DNA of 64,000 bases from Eledone cirrhosa (Eukaryota), in contig OZ024741.1 in NCBI GenBank assembly GCA_964016885.1, forward strand, positions 116,684,001 through 116,748,000, given 5' to 3'. The notes under the pieces were generated by a model. The model ran no database searches. It had not been told where the DNA came from and saw only the letters and a list, made by a program, of their open reading frames with translations. Shown here piece after piece: positions 13,633-28,296 of this stretch (its first letter is position 1; every line of letters starts with the position of its first letter). The position numbers were made by a program, and so were the translations under genes.

Positions 13633-13737
13633 ATGATATAATATCATGGAATATTTACTCCAGTAATCTGTTGAGTGCTATAAATTAGTTATAAACATTT
13701 ATGTTTGGCGAAATTCCAACAAATTAAATACAACTTC

Positions 13738-13784
<47 letters not shown>

Positions 13785-13909
13785 CATCATCATCATCATC
13801 ATCGTTTATCGTCCATTTTCCATGCTATATATAAATATATCATTATCACTATCAATATCATTCTATATCAGCTTCCCATGGTGACATGAATCAGATAGGT
13901 TGCCATCAT

Positions 13910-14123
13910 TTAACCCTTTAACATTTACATTATTCGATATTTACTATTGTATTTTCGTGGTAAAGGCTTTATCTCACATAATATTGAATCTATGAGATTT
14001 TGATAGTACTTATTTAGAACAATACTTTAACATCAGTATGAGTGGCCAGTTACAGCTGGTTTGAGCAGAAAGAGGTGAAAGATTTCTGACTGGATATAGC
14101 TGGTTTAAATGCTAAAGAGTTAA
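13910..14123. mobile_element. TTAA-flanked (piggyBac-type) MITE
   Basis: TIRs TTAACCCTTTAACATTTA / TAAATGCTAAAGAGTTAA. Confidence 0.7.
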
Positions 14124-14664
14124 GATAAAACAAGTGAGATTCCATGCTTTGCTCATATATATAGCCATGATTTCTACAACAGAATTCAATTTGTTTAGTT
14201 TGTTGCTAAGTTAGATGATATTTGTAAAGGTGTCATTCAGTGGGATTCAATGTGAAACTATGTACTTGCAAAATGAGCTACTTAATCATGCAGCCATATT
14301 TACAAATCATTCTGCCTTTGTTGGCTACAGAATAATTCATTTCAACACTCACGATATTTCTGTCCAACTGTCCAATTGTCCAATTGTCCAGCTGTCTGGC
14401 CCATTCAAACATAGACCTCCCTCGAGACATAAAATCATGATGATGATGATGATGATGGTGTAAGCCTGTTGGATTGGATTTATATTTGCTTTTTTCTTTC
14501 TTGTATTTATTAATCAATTGTGTACAATAGCAAAATACAGATATACTGTTTTGTAATGAGAGACCATTGTTATTAAATACAATTAAACAGTATAATATAT
14601 TTGGCAATCAAATGATCTCTCTCCGTCTACATATATATGTATGTTTATATATATATATATATAT

Positions 14665-16030
14665 GTTCTTAGCCCTCTCCTGTTCATCATAGTCCTGCAG
14701 GCAATAACGGAGGAGTTTAAGACCGGATGCCCATGGGAACTCCTGTATGCAGATGACCTCGAACTTATAGCTGAATCTATGGTAGAACTAGAGAAGAAAT
14801 TCCAAACTTGGAAGCAGGGACTCGAAAGAAAGGGTCTCAAAGTCAACCTGACAAAGACTAAGGTCCTTGTAAGTAGACGAGAAAACAGAACCCAGATCCC
14901 CTCAGGGAAATGGCCTTGCTCAGTATGTAGGAAAGATGTAGGTAGGAACTCCATTCTCTGCCCGAAATGCAAACAATGGGTATACAAGAGATGTAGCGGG
15001 ATCTCAGGAAGCTTAACTAAGAATTAGGCTTCACATGTAGCAGCTGTGCTGGGACAGCAAGCAGCAAACAGCCACAGGAAACAAGTACCACCAAACTCTG
15101 GGAGGGCTCTGTAGAAACAGTAGACAGCTTCTGCTAACTAGGTGACCGAATTAGCAGCGGAGGTGGGTGTTCAGAAAGTACAGTAACCAGGGTAAGAACG
15201 GGGTGGAAGAAGTTCAGGGAGCTACTGCCACTGCTAGCTGCAAAAGGCTTTTCCCTCAAAATGAAAGGCAGACTGTATGATGCGTGTATACGAACAGCAA
15301 TGTTACATGGTAGTGAGACCTGGGCGCTAAAGGTGGAAGACTTACGTAGATTAGAAAGAATCGAAGCCTGCATGCTCCGATGGATGTGTAATAGTAATAT
15401 ACGCGAATGGCAAAGCATAAATGAATTGAGAGAGAGACTGAGCATAAGAGGAATCAAATGCTGTGTGCAGGAGAGGCGGTTGCGTTGGTATGGACATGTG
15501 ATGCGTATGAAGGATGACAGCTGTATAAAAAGGTGCAGAGCACTAGAAGTCAATGGAAACCGTGGAGCGGGGAGACCCAAGAAGACCTGGGATGAGGAGA
15601 TAAAAGCCGACCTTACCCAATTACACCTCTCAAAGGCGATGACACATGGCCGTGACCTCTGGCGTCACGCAGTAATACAGAAGACCCGACCCCCCACGGG
15701 TACAAGCCGAAGCTGAAGCATATAGACAATATGCCCCCACACCCTCCCACTGCACAGTGGTCGTGGAGGTGCCACGGCAAAAAAGCACCCAGCTCACATT
15801 GTAAAGTGGATGTGTAGGCACCACGGAAAAAAAGCACCCAGCACTCACTGTAAATGAGGTTGGTGTTAGGAAGGGCATCCAGCTGTAGAAATCAAGCCAG
15901 AATCAGTTCCTGTATGAGCAAGAGAAGGTCAGCCGACCGGACACTGCCCACAACAGGACAACCCGTCTAACCCATGTTAGCATGGAAGAACGGACGTAAA
16001 ACGGTGATGATGATGATGATGATGATGATG
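14665..16030 (+). mobile_element. 5'-truncated RTE LINE (RT C-terminus, PHD-like finger, long 3' UTR)
   Basis: VLSPLLF..LLYADDL, CSVC..CPKC..KRC, LHGSETW, RRLRWYGHV; stops and frameshifts; (GAT)n tail; (TA)n on both sides. Confidence 0.9.
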
Positions 16031-16084
<54 letters not shown>

Positions 16085-16120
16085 CATCATCATCGTTTAA
16101 CGTCTATCTTCCACGCTAGA

Positions 16121-16186
<66 letters not shown>

Positions 16187-16642
16187 ATATACATACATAT
16201 TGCAATGTATTAGTACTGTTCTCTGTGTTTCTGTTTGCTTCAAGGATCATTTTCAATGAAACAATAATAAAGTTCTTGTAGAAAACATTTGCTCATGCTT
16301 ACTTTGGTTTGCTTTGGCTTGATGTTTTGACACAGTTTTGCATTAAATAAACTAGTACATAATCAATCACCCAGTTTCATATCAACAAATGACCGTTCAG
16401 TCTCTTTTGCAAGGTCAACTCTGTTGCAAGCTAAAATTAAAGGCAAGTGGCCTAGTGGTTAAGGTGTTGGATTCACAATCGTAAGGATTCAAGTGATGCA
16501 TTGTGTTCTTGAGCAAGACCCTTCATTTTCTATTGCTCTTCCATGATATGACTGGTGCTGCTAGAGATATCATTTAACATCCTGTACCACATAAAAACAT
16601 AGTAACAAAATATGAATATTGATGATTTCATTGATGAGTTAT

Positions 16643-16679
<37 letters not shown>

Positions 16680-16706
16680 TCATCATTATTGTTTAATGTC
16701 TGCCTA

Positions 16707-17300
16707 CATAGGTGTGAGCTGTTTATCTACATTGGATGTGAGCTGTCAAGCAAACAACATAGGTGTGAGCTATCAACCTACATAGGTGTAAACTGTCAAG
16801 TTACATTGTGTGAGGTATCAATTAGCACAGGTGTGAGCTGTCATCAACATAGCTGCAATTTATTAATCTACATAGGTGTGAGGTGTCAATCTCCATAGGT
16901 GTGGACTGTCAACCAACATAGGTATGTACTGTCAAACTACTTAGGTGTAAGCTGTCAACCAACATTGGCGTGTACTGTCAACCAAAATAGGTGTGGGCTG
17001 TCACCCAACATAAGTGTGAACTGTCAACCTAAATAGGTGTGAACTGTCAACCAACATAGGTGTGTACTGTCAACCTACGTAGGTGTGAACTGTCAACCAA
17101 CATAGGTGTGTACTGTCAACCTACGTAGGTGTGAAATGTCAACCTAAATAGGTGTGAGCTGTCAACCAACATAGGTGTGAACTGTCAAACTACATAGGTG
17201 TGAACTGTCAACCAGCATATGTGTGTACTGTCAACCTACGTAGGTGTGGACTCTCAACCTAAATAAGTGTGAGCAGTCAATCAACAAGTGTGAGTTGACA
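16707..17300. repeat. Minisatellite, ~23-24 bp unit (CATAGGTGTGAACTGTCAACCAA/CTA)
   Basis: Direct tandem repeats visible, degenerating at the edges. Confidence 0.9.
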
Positions 17301-17711
17301 AACTTCAAATGTGAAAGCATTGTTTCAATTTCAATATCCTTACGGGGTCGATAAAATAAAGTACCAGTAATGAACTGGGTAATTGCTGGCCTTGTGCCTA
17401 AAGTAGAAACAAATATTTCATATATATATGAGTCAAACTAGTAACCCATTTAGTCAATCAGGTAATACAGAACAGAGTCATACCCAGTACTGCAGTATTT
17501 TAAACACACACACGCACACATATATATGAGTTCCAGGTTCAATTGAGGGTAACCACACTTAATAAGGTACTCAATACATTAGTAGAGTGTAAACATCATG
17601 TTTAATATAGAAATTGCTTCTACAGGCCTAGAACTGTTTCATTCAAAAGAAATCATCAGGAAAGCTTTCCTGGGGAGAGTCATCACCGGTGATCTGTCAT
17701 AGATCTTTGAG

Positions 17712-17930
17712 TACCACCCATTTATCAGATGTAGAAGCCATCAAGAGGGTCATGAAAATGGAGCTGTGGAGAACCCGGGAGAATTCTTCCAGGAGTGCAT
17801 GGAGGCATGGTAGGAAAAGGATGGAAAAGTGCATTAGACTTGAGGGGGATTATTTCGAAGGGGAAAACTTGTAGTTTGTAGTTTGGATTTGAAATACTTT
17901 TTTTGCGACCTCAGTCCTGTTTCTTTTCTG
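17712..17930 (+). pseudogene. Mariner transposase C-terminal fragment
   Basis: SDVEAIKR...FQECMEAW..RMEKCIRLEGDYFEG, typical of the mariner C-terminus; frameshifted. Confidence 0.8.
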
Positions 17931-17970
17931 ACGACGGTTGAGCTCCAGCCGTTTCAACAGCTAGATCCTA

Positions 17971-18039
<69 letters not shown>

Positions 18040-18362
18040 TAACTCCTTGTGGAGTCGTAGATGCACCGTCCTACGGCATGTCTAGGACACATTTAAACCT
18101 GGAGAAGCCCAACTTTCTCCAGATCTGAACACAGCCAATTTTTTCTATAGAGGAAGAATCAACCCCAATACTGGACTGGTACTATATATATATATATATA
18201 TTTGAAAATTGTAGTGTTAACAAATTTTTTTGATTTAATTTTATAATATTAATATTATAATATTATAAAATTAAATTAAAAAAGTTTTTTAACAATACAA
18301 GTGAAGTCATTCTTTTCCTTTTTTTCAAATATACCTAACTGTACCAAGGATCTCACACATTT

Positions 18363-18409
<47 letters not shown>

Positions 18410-18574
18410 CATATGGAAATTGAATTAGAAGCTTTTGTTCTTTTAGACTACAGATAATAGTCTAATAATAGGGCATAACACCCCTAATATATATATATAA
18501 ATCGAGATGTTTTTATTTTGATTTATTTATGCCTGTTTTATATATATATATATCTCTAGGGCGGGTAAAATTCC

Positions 18575-18608
<34 letters not shown>

Positions 18609-19055
18609 TCTTTCTTGTAACTTACATGTGTAACTAGTTGCTAGGCAGTTTAACGAAACAGCTTATTTCAGGACTAAGTGTTGAAGACTAATTATTTGTT
18701 GATGAGCAAAAGTAAGTTAAAAAGAAAAAGCTCACAGTTCTGTAATCATCACAGAGGTTAGGAATGGAATAAATATATGGGTATTTATAAAGAACTGTCT
18801 ACAGCATAAGCTAGTTATATTATATTATTTCATTCCTTATTTTCTTCTGTAGCTTCTTTTACCCTAGATTTTGTTACATATGTGTAAATGTAGTGTAATA
18901 GTAAGTTTCAGAAACCAAGTGCACACACACACACACACATATATGCACAGGCATACACACACACACGTGCGCACACACACGTGCGCACACGCACACACAC
19001 ACACGCACACATATATGCACAGGCATACACACACACACGTACACACACACACGTG

Positions 19056-19089
<34 letters not shown>

Positions 19090-19717
19090 GCATCCATATA
19101 TACTCACACAGAAACACATGTATACTTTTACATCCATATATATACACACACAAACACATACACATACACACAACACATAGAGACACACACATACATACAG
19201 ACACACACACGCACACATACACAGATATTTACAAATATATTTACACAGAAATACATACATACACACCGCAGCCAATTCAATTACACAGACACACATACTC
19301 ACACAAAGAAACACACACAACACCCAAGTATATACACACATATGTACTCAGAACTCAGACATACACACAGACACATGCACACAAACACACACATGCAAGA
19401 CATACATTCACAACACACCAATATCTCTATACATACATATTTCTAAAAAACCAATACGAACGCACCTGATGGTATTACTAACACACCTGGAGCCAAATAA
19501 GATAACTATCTTTAAAAAGAAAATATATTATTTAATTTTGTTATAGATACACTAAAAAGTGTTGGGATGGTCATGGCTGGAATGATTTATTTAGATATCA
19601 CCTGGTCTAATCACCAACACTAACTCACTAGGGTTTAAAAAAATTAATTTTACCTGCAGGGAGATAGAGACAATGAATTGGCAGAGTTTTTAGAAGGTCA
19701 AATAGAATACTTTAAGG

Positions 19718-19904
19718 CAGTCATGTCAAATACGCAGCCTGTGGGTAGCATGTGGCCCTTTAGAAGCACACATGCGGCCCGCACAAAGGTTTTTACAGCG
19801 CGAGCATGTTTTATCTTCGTCATATAAAATAAAAAATATTAGTTGTAATGTGGCCCTCAGACAACACATATGTGACCCATGTGGCCCTCAGTTTGACATG
19901 CCTG
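19718..19904. mobile_element. hAT-type MITE with 8-bp TSD, inserted in a SINE
   Basis: TIRs CAGTCATGTCAAA / TTTGACATGCCTG; CTTTAAGG duplicated at 19710-17 and 19905-12. Confidence 0.85.
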
Positions 19905-20719
19905 CTTTAAGGCATTTGTTCTGGCTCTCTGTACCTGAGTTCAAATCCTGTCAAAATCAATTTTGCCATTCATCCTTTCGAGGATGATAGAAAAGTATCT
20001 GGGTATACGTCTCAAGTTTTGAAAATGTAGGGTACTATTGTAGTGAAATCTCAATACATTTTCATGATGGTTTTTCTAAGTCTGCTAAACACAACCATTT
20101 TAATACTGACCTCAGAGTCCCATAACTTAGATAACATTCTCTGACGGAAGGACTAACAGTGCCAGTTGTACATAGGGAGAACAATAGATACATTTCCCTT
20201 TGGAAAAGTCAGTTTGCTTCCTGACTTAGCAACAGAGAGATTGCTTGTTTCATCTGGCTTGCAATGTAACGACATATATAGTACACACTCTCACTAGCCA
20301 ACCTTGTTAGGGTCCACATAACTGAAAATGCTACCAACACAGGTCAGGTCAGTTAAATATTACTAATGTTGCACACATGACACACTACAACTATACATCT
20401 ATTATATTTCTATTGTTCATTGCAGCACATGATTTTGAAGTAAATCATGTTACAAATGAAAACATTAAAATTAGCAGTGTCTTCTTCATTTGTTTATGCT
20501 TATCTATGTGATATGGGAAAATCCTATCCTTCATAGTAATATCACTTCACACCACAACAAACGAGAACAATTTCTTGTTTCCTTGAATATGGCTTAGCTT
20601 CTCTCGACTCACTCAGACCATAATTCACTCCTCCTCCTCCTCCTCCTCCTGCTACTACTACAAATGAGCGAATCAACCAGGCAACAACAAACCCAAAACT
20701 CATACAACCACCACTAACC

Positions 20720-20940
20720 ATTTCCCTAGTTTTGAAAATATAGGGTACATTTTCCCAGTTTAGAAAATATAAGGTATATTTTCACAGTTTAGAAAATATA
20801 GGGTACATTTCCCCAGTTTAGAAAATATAAGGTATATTTTCCCAATTTTGAAAATGTAGGATATATTTTCCCAGTTTTGAAAATATAAGGTATATTTCCA
20901 AGTTTTGAAAATATAGGGTATATGCCACCAGTTTTGAAAT
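20720..20940. repeat. Minisatellite, ~29-30 bp unit (TTTCCCAGTTTTGAAAATATAGGGTATAT)
   Basis: About 7 tandem units. Confidence 0.85.
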
Positions 20941-21135
20941 TGTTTACCTATAATTCTAAAGTAGCTGTTATTACGATCCTTTCTTCTTTATCGTACCTAT
21001 TCCATTCCTTAACTGTCTATCTCTATCTTTCTGTTTCGTGCCTTCATTTTTGTTTCATCTCTTTCACTTTCTAATTGCTTATTTGCATTGTTTTCTCATA
21101 AAAACAAAACCAATTTTTTGTTTACAGTATATATA

Positions 21136-23177
21136 TCATCATCATCATCATCGTTTAACGTCCATCTTCCACGCTTGCATGGGTTTGGACGGGAGTTTTC
21201 CCACTTGAGGCAAGATTGGTTGACTTACTCGCATAGGACTGTCAGGCGGGTTTTCTACGGCTGGATGCCCTTCCTAACACCAACCACGTTTACAGTGTGG
21301 AACTGGGAGGTTTTTACCGTGTTACCTACACGGCCACATTACAGCGTGGACTGTGTGTTTTGTTGTCGTGACACCTACACGACCTCATTTGTTTCAGCCT
21401 GGATGTTGTGGTACCAACATAACTTCACATTGAAAGGGTGGTGTGGATGGGGTGGGGGTAGTGGGACGGGGGTGTATTTTTGTTAGAGGTGCCTACTGAC
21501 TGTAGTAGGTTTCACTTTGTACTTAGGCAAGGCGGGTCTTCTGTATTACTGTGTAGTACCAAAGATCTCGGTTCAGTGACATTGTCTTGGAGAGGTGTAA
21601 GTGTGTGAGGTCGGAATTTATCAAGTCGTCCCAGGTTTTTCTGGGTCTGCCTACTCCGTGGCTACCGTCTATTTTTATTACCCCGCACTTTTTTTATACA
21701 GCTGTCGTCTTTCATGCGCATCACGTGACCGTACCAACGTAGTCTTCTCTCGAGTAAACAACATCTGATCCCTCTTATTCCTAATTTCTCCCTTAGTTCA
21801 TTTATGCGTTGCCGTTCACGTATATTACACATCCAGCGGAGCATGCAAGCTTCGTTCCTCTCCAGTCTGCATATATCCTCTGTACACAATGCCCAAGTCT
21901 CACTGCCATGTAACATTGCTGTTCGTATGCAGGCATCATACAGCCTGCCTTTCATTTTTAGAGAGAACCCTTTAGCGGCCAATAGTGGTATAAGCTCTCT
22001 GAACCTTTTCCATCCCGTTCTGACTCTAGCTACTGTACTTTCAGAGCACCCTCCACCACTGCTGATTTTGTCACCCAGGTAACAGAAGGTGTCCACTATT
22101 TCTATAGAACCATCTGTGCAATGGAGTGAGCTAGTATTCTGTGGGCACTTGCTGCTACTTATTGCACCTGAGCACCGGCCACATATAAAATCTATATTCT
22201 TAGTTAGCTTACCTGTGATCCCACTACATCTTTTATGCACCCATACTTTGCATTTTGGACATAAAATGGAGTTTCTGCCTACTCCTTTCCTACACACTGA
22301 ACATGGCCATTTCCCTGATGGGACCTGTGCCCTATTTTCCTTCCTACAAACTAGAACTTTAGTCTTCGACAGGTTAATTTTAAGGCCTTTTGATTCTAGG
22401 CCATGCTTCCAAGTTTGGAATTTCTTCTCTAGTTCAGCCATTGATTCAGCTATGAGCGTTAGATCATCTGCGTATAGGAGTTCCCATGGGCAGCCGGTCT
22501 TGAACTCCACTGTTATAGCCTGAAGGGCAATAATAAATAGTAGGGGGCTAAGAACAGAGCCCTGATGAACACCAACTTTACGCTAAACTCTTCACTATAT
22601 TCGTTGTTAATTCTAACCTTGCTGACTGTTTATTTATACATGGCTTGTATAGCTCTCACAAGCCATTCATCAACACCTAGTTTTCTAAGAGCCCAACATA
22701 TAATGGAGTGGGGGACTCTGTCAAAGGCTTTCTCCAAGTCAACAAAAGCTAAGTATAGGGGTTTACTTTTAGCTAGGTACTTCTCCTGTAGTTGTCGTAC
22801 AATGAAAAGAGCGTCTGTGGTACTTTTACCTGACACAAACCCGAACTGCATTTCATCTAGATCAATTCGCTCTCTGATTAGTTGCGCTATTACTTTTTCT
22901 GTGACCTTCATGACCTGGTCTATTAATTTAATGCCTCTATAGTTACCCCTATCTAGGGCATCTCCTTTACCCTTGTAGCAGTTAATGATGATGCTGCTAC
23001 GCCAGTCCTTCGGAACGACCCTATTCTGTATGACTTGGTTTACTATCCGGGTGACCATAGTGTGTCCCACCGTTCCAGATGCTTTCAGCATTTCAGCAAC
23101 TATTTCCGAAGGCCCAGCCGCCTTACCCGTCTTCATATCTTTGATTGCCTTACTTATTATACTATCTTCAACTTGCA
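21136..23177 (-). mobile_element. 5'-truncated RTE LINE, RT domain largely present
   Basis: [58 protein letters not shown]-like finger, RRLRWYGHV; one stop and frameshift near 22570-22630; (GAT)n tail. Confidence 0.95.
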
Positions 23178-23201
23178 CATATATATATACACACACAAAC
23201 G

Positions 23202-23298
<97 letters not shown>

Positions 23299-23311
23299 TA
23301 TATGTATATAT

Positions 23312-23479
<168 letters not shown>

Positions 23480-23860
23480 TCTTCATCATCATCGTTTAAC
23501 GTCTATCTTCCACGCTAGCATTGTTTTATGCTTGCTTTTCCATGCTTGCATGGGTTAGATGGATCTTTGTCAGCACAGCATTTCTCCATTCGTTGCATTC
23601 CTTCTTCGGCATCTTCTGTATGAGCTTTAGTGATTTGAGGTCATATAATATATATATCAAGAGTGAGATAACTAACACTGGAGTAGATATATTTGTGTGT
23701 GTACATGTGTGTGTTTACATTTATATCTGGGTGATTGTGAACATACTACAATGGCAAACTTGATCTTTATAGAAGGAAGTAAAAATAGCTTCATTACAAC
23801 ATATGCTTACTGGGATAATTGTATGTATGTCAGTATGTATGTAATGTATGTATATTATAT

Positions 23861-24139
23861 ATATTTATTAAAATAACAGATTAAAGTTTAAGCAAAGAAT
23901 CGGTGCTTTCACCCTTAATGGGCTCTTATTTCAGAAGATGCCGTTAAGGGTGAAAGCAGCGATTCTTTTCTTAAACTTTAATCTGTTATTTTAATAAATA
24001 TTTGCTCTCGGGTTCTTATATATTTCATATATATTTATCCTTATTGAGCCCTCTTTGGATTTTAGTCTTCACATTTATTATCATTACTATATATATATAT
24101 ATATATATATATAGTAATAATAATAAATGTGAAGACTAA
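23861..24139. mobile_element. Fold-back element in (TA)n (140-bp hairpin plus second inverted repeat); related copy 60045-60208
   Basis: Arms 23861-23920/23943-24001 are complementary; hammerhead-like CAGAAGA-TGCC-GTTAA-GGGT-GAAA. Confidence 0.65.
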
Positions 24140-24151
24140 TTATTTTAATAA

Positions 24152-24516
<365 letters not shown>

Positions 24517-24649
24517 TATATACATATACACATACATATATGAAAATACTGTGAATTTAACCAAATTTTGTATATATAAATAAAAGATTAGCAGGGATTT
24601 AAATGTACTGAAGCGATTGGTACCAATCTCCCAAGCATGCCACGGATAT

Positions 24650-25565
24650 GTTGTCTCACGTGTGTATGGTCCTATGTTCTACTGAGTGCACAGGGGTGGC
24701 TGTCATGTCTTTCACACAACTGAGGGTCCTCCCAACCCTTTGTTTGGCAAGCGTTTTACAGCTGGATGCCCTCCCTATCACCAACTATTTTACAGTGAGT
24801 ACTGGGTACATTTATCATGTAGATCACCAAACACTAGGGAAGCTGTCACGACTTGTTGCAACTAAAGGGTCTTCCCAACCCTTTGTTTGGCAAGCCCTCC
24901 ACAGCTGGGTGCCCGTCCGATCATCAACCACTTCACAGGGGTGCAGCAGATAAGAGCGTGTGTGGGGAGGGGGAATGGGGTGTGTGTGCAGTGAGGGTTG
25001 TAGTGGTGTTGAGGATAGCTATTAGTGAGCTGTGGTGGAAAGGGGGTCAGGCCACATTGTATGTTGCAGGTTGGGTTTTCTTCAACACCGCATAGTGCCA
25101 GCCCTCACGATCTTTAGTCATTTCTGTTGTGAGGTTTAGTTTTTTAAGGTTGGCCTTCACAACTTCATCCCATGTCTTACTGGGTCTACCTCTTCCATGG
25201 GACCCAGCCACTGGAGTTTCTCTGCATTTATTTATGCAGCTGCTATCTTCCATACACATCACATGTCCATATTGATGCAGTCTTCTCTCTTGCACACTAC
25301 ATCCAATTCCTCTTATGTCAAGTTTTCCCCTCAGTTTGCTTATGTTATGTCATTCATGTACACTGACATTACATATCCATCAGAACATACTCAACTCATT
25401 TCTTTTTAGCTTCCGCAGGTTTCTTCAGTCAAGGCCCATGTTTCACTGCCATGTAACATTACAGTTATACAGTCTACCCTTTACTCCGAGAGAAAAGCAT
25501 TTTGTTGTTATCAGCAGTAATAGATCTCTAAACTTATTCCAACCTGTTCTTATCCTAGCTATCAG
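24650..25565 (-). mobile_element. Decayed RTE LINE 3' part
   Basis: QERRL..YGHV...RGRGRPSKTWDEVV...W.YAVLKKT. Confidence 0.8.
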
Positions 25566-26247
25566 TTAAACCATACTTTACAACATGAGGTATGGATTGA
25601 CTACTTCTCCGAACATGACAGATCTAAAGGTATTTTGTACTTTATTGGAATTTATCCAAAGAAAATTTCTTCTGACGATTAGTTTCACGTCTTCTGTAGC
25701 TCTACCAAAATCAACAATTGGTAATCAATGATTGATTGCTTTGATCGTTTTCACTTCAGTTTACAAACTATGAAATTGTGGCCCTGAAGGAAAATAATAA
25801 CTTTTCCACCTTGAAGTATGTATCTTTCCCCAAATGTTATATGCTTTATCTATATGTACAAAATACTATGGGTAGTGTGACCCTTATGCTGACTTCTTTC
25901 TTTCTTTTTTTCTTTTTTCTTCTCTCTTTCTTTCTTACTTTCTTCCCCTTTTTTATTTTTTATTCTTTGACGGAGAGTGGTAGTACATTATAAGCCTTCG
26001 CCCCCTCACCAGATGGTCATTAGCAGATCGAGTTGCCATCACTTTGAGGGTGACTGGCCGAGGTGAAGACAGCTAGTTGGTCAGTCGTCCTCGCTGTCTC
26101 TGATTTTTCGGACCCATGGTTTTTACATATTCTTTGTTATATTTCAAATACCTGATGATATCACCGGATTCATATGGAACCCGGTCATTGAAATGATCAT
26201 AGTATAATAAACCTTTCAAGGATTTACACCAGTCCAGCCTCCTGTTA

Positions 26248-26304
<57 letters not shown>

Positions 26305-26414
26305 CAATTTGAATTATTGATGCTCTGGACAAATGACCTTTCTGCTTTTCTGCTGAGAAACATATTCATCATACAAATTATATATGTTATGATACATTAA
26401 AAAATTTGTGTGTG

Positions 26415-26626
<212 letters not shown>

Positions 26627-26644
26627 CATATATATATATATATT

Positions 26645-27682
26645 TATACTTGAGGAGGGTCATATTGTTATAATATTGCCAGAAATAATAACAGAACACA
26701 CTCACTGTTTGGTTTGGGTTGGTTTTTACTTCTATGTCTTTTATATCTCCAGAGTTCATTTATTTGGCAATCAACGTTTATCATTGATTGACCAACAATT
26801 AAAATTACAGATATAAATATATATATATATAGTCTTTTTAAAGTTCTTTCGTCACACATCTGCAACATCATCAATGGTACTATTATGTTTCCTCCCATTG
26901 TATTGCAAAGCCTACACCATTTTTATTTAATTAATTAATTTATTTCTTCTTGTCTCTGTCCCTGCACATGCATTTGCGTGTGTGTTTAATGTTTGGTGTG
27001 TGTGTTTCTGTTTGAGTATATGTGTTTTTGTTTTTGTATTCTATCTTTGTTCACTAATGTGTGTTTATATGTATTTGTTGCTATTGTACTTGTGTATATA
27101 TTTATTTATTTATTTATATTTATTTCCCTTAGGTCAGTATTGTTTGTTTGGGTATGGTTGTTGTTGTTATTCCATTTGTTCTTTCTGTTTAACTTTAGTT
27201 TTCTTAGTTCTATCTCAGTTGCTTCTCTGGTTTACCTACCTGTTGAGTCATTTCTATGCTTGGATATTATTTTAATTTCTATATTGTCTATATTACCGTC
27301 ATGTATTTGTCTGGCGTGTTCATATAGTACTGAACCGTTTTTTGTCCTTTTAGTTCTCCCCAGTGTTGGTCTATTCTTCTATGCTTCGAGCTGTCTCACC
27401 TATGTATGTCATTGTCATGTTTCTGCAAGTACCCTCTGTACATAATAGTACCACTGATGATGTCGCAGATGTTTGACGAAAGAACTTTGATAGACTGTAT
27501 ATATATATTTATATCTGTATTTTTAACCGTTGGTCAATCAATGATAAACATTGATTGCCAACTAAATTAACTATGGAGATATAAAAGATACAGAAGCGAA
27601 AATCAACCCAAACCAAACAGTGAGTGTGTTCTGTTATTATTTCTGGCAATATTATAACAATATGACCCTCCCCAAGTATAAC
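26645..27682 (-). mobile_element. Penelope-like element remnant: GIY-YIG C-terminus between inverted ~240-bp pseudo-LTRs
   Basis: 26645-26887 is the reverse complement of 27440-27682; minus-strand 27440-27165 reads C...C....YIGETARS..E..QH...SVLYEH...REA.EI.....LNRK; hammerhead core CTGATGA(27454)-GTC..GAC-GAAA(27478). Confidence 0.8.
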
Positions 27683-27962
27683 ACTATTTGTTTCGACACA
27701 CGATTTCATATAAAAAACATTGAAAAACAAATATATATATATATATTGCAAAAGATGTCAACATGAATGGACCTATTATTTTTATCTAAAGACTTTTTTT
27801 TCCAATTCCATCCTGCCCGTCCCCTTATTCTATTTTATTTCCCATTCTTTCTTCTGATGAAGGACGTTAACACCCTCTTCCTGCTATATCAAGCGTTAAC
27901 TAATATATACCTTCCATATACTGTACCGATTGTGTTGTTATTTCTGTTTACCTTTTACTTTA

Positions 27963-28296
27963 AAAATACACCCCATCCCACTACCCCCACCCCATCCACA
28001 CCACCCCTTTCGATGTAAAGTTATATTGGTACCACAACATCCAGTCCGAAACAAATGAGGTCGTGTAGGTGTCAAGACAAAAAATACACAGTCCACGCTG
28101 TAATGTGGCCATGTAGGTAACACGGTAAAAACCTCTGTAAACGTGGTTGGTGTTAGGAAGGGCATCCAGTCATAGAAAACCCGCCAGACAGTCCTATACG
28201 AGCAAGACAACCAATCTTGCCTCAAGTGGGAAAATTCCCGTCCAAACCTAAGCAAGCGTGGAAGATGGACGTTAAACGATGATGATGATGATGATG
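27963..28296 (+). mobile_element. RTE 3' UTR-only insertion
   Basis: Close reverse-complement match to 21136-21480; (GAT)n tail. Confidence 0.8.

Noticed and set aside
16415-16446. GC-donor micro-exon bridging the plus-strand exons
   Set aside because: The donor coincides with the start of a tRNA-derived SINE; probably chance
16707-17300. CRISPR-like array
   Set aside because: Contiguous tandem units with no unique spacers, no cas genes, eukaryotic context
26982-27445. Hydrophobic membrane-protein-like ORFs
   Set aside because: T-rich antisense strand of the Penelope remnant
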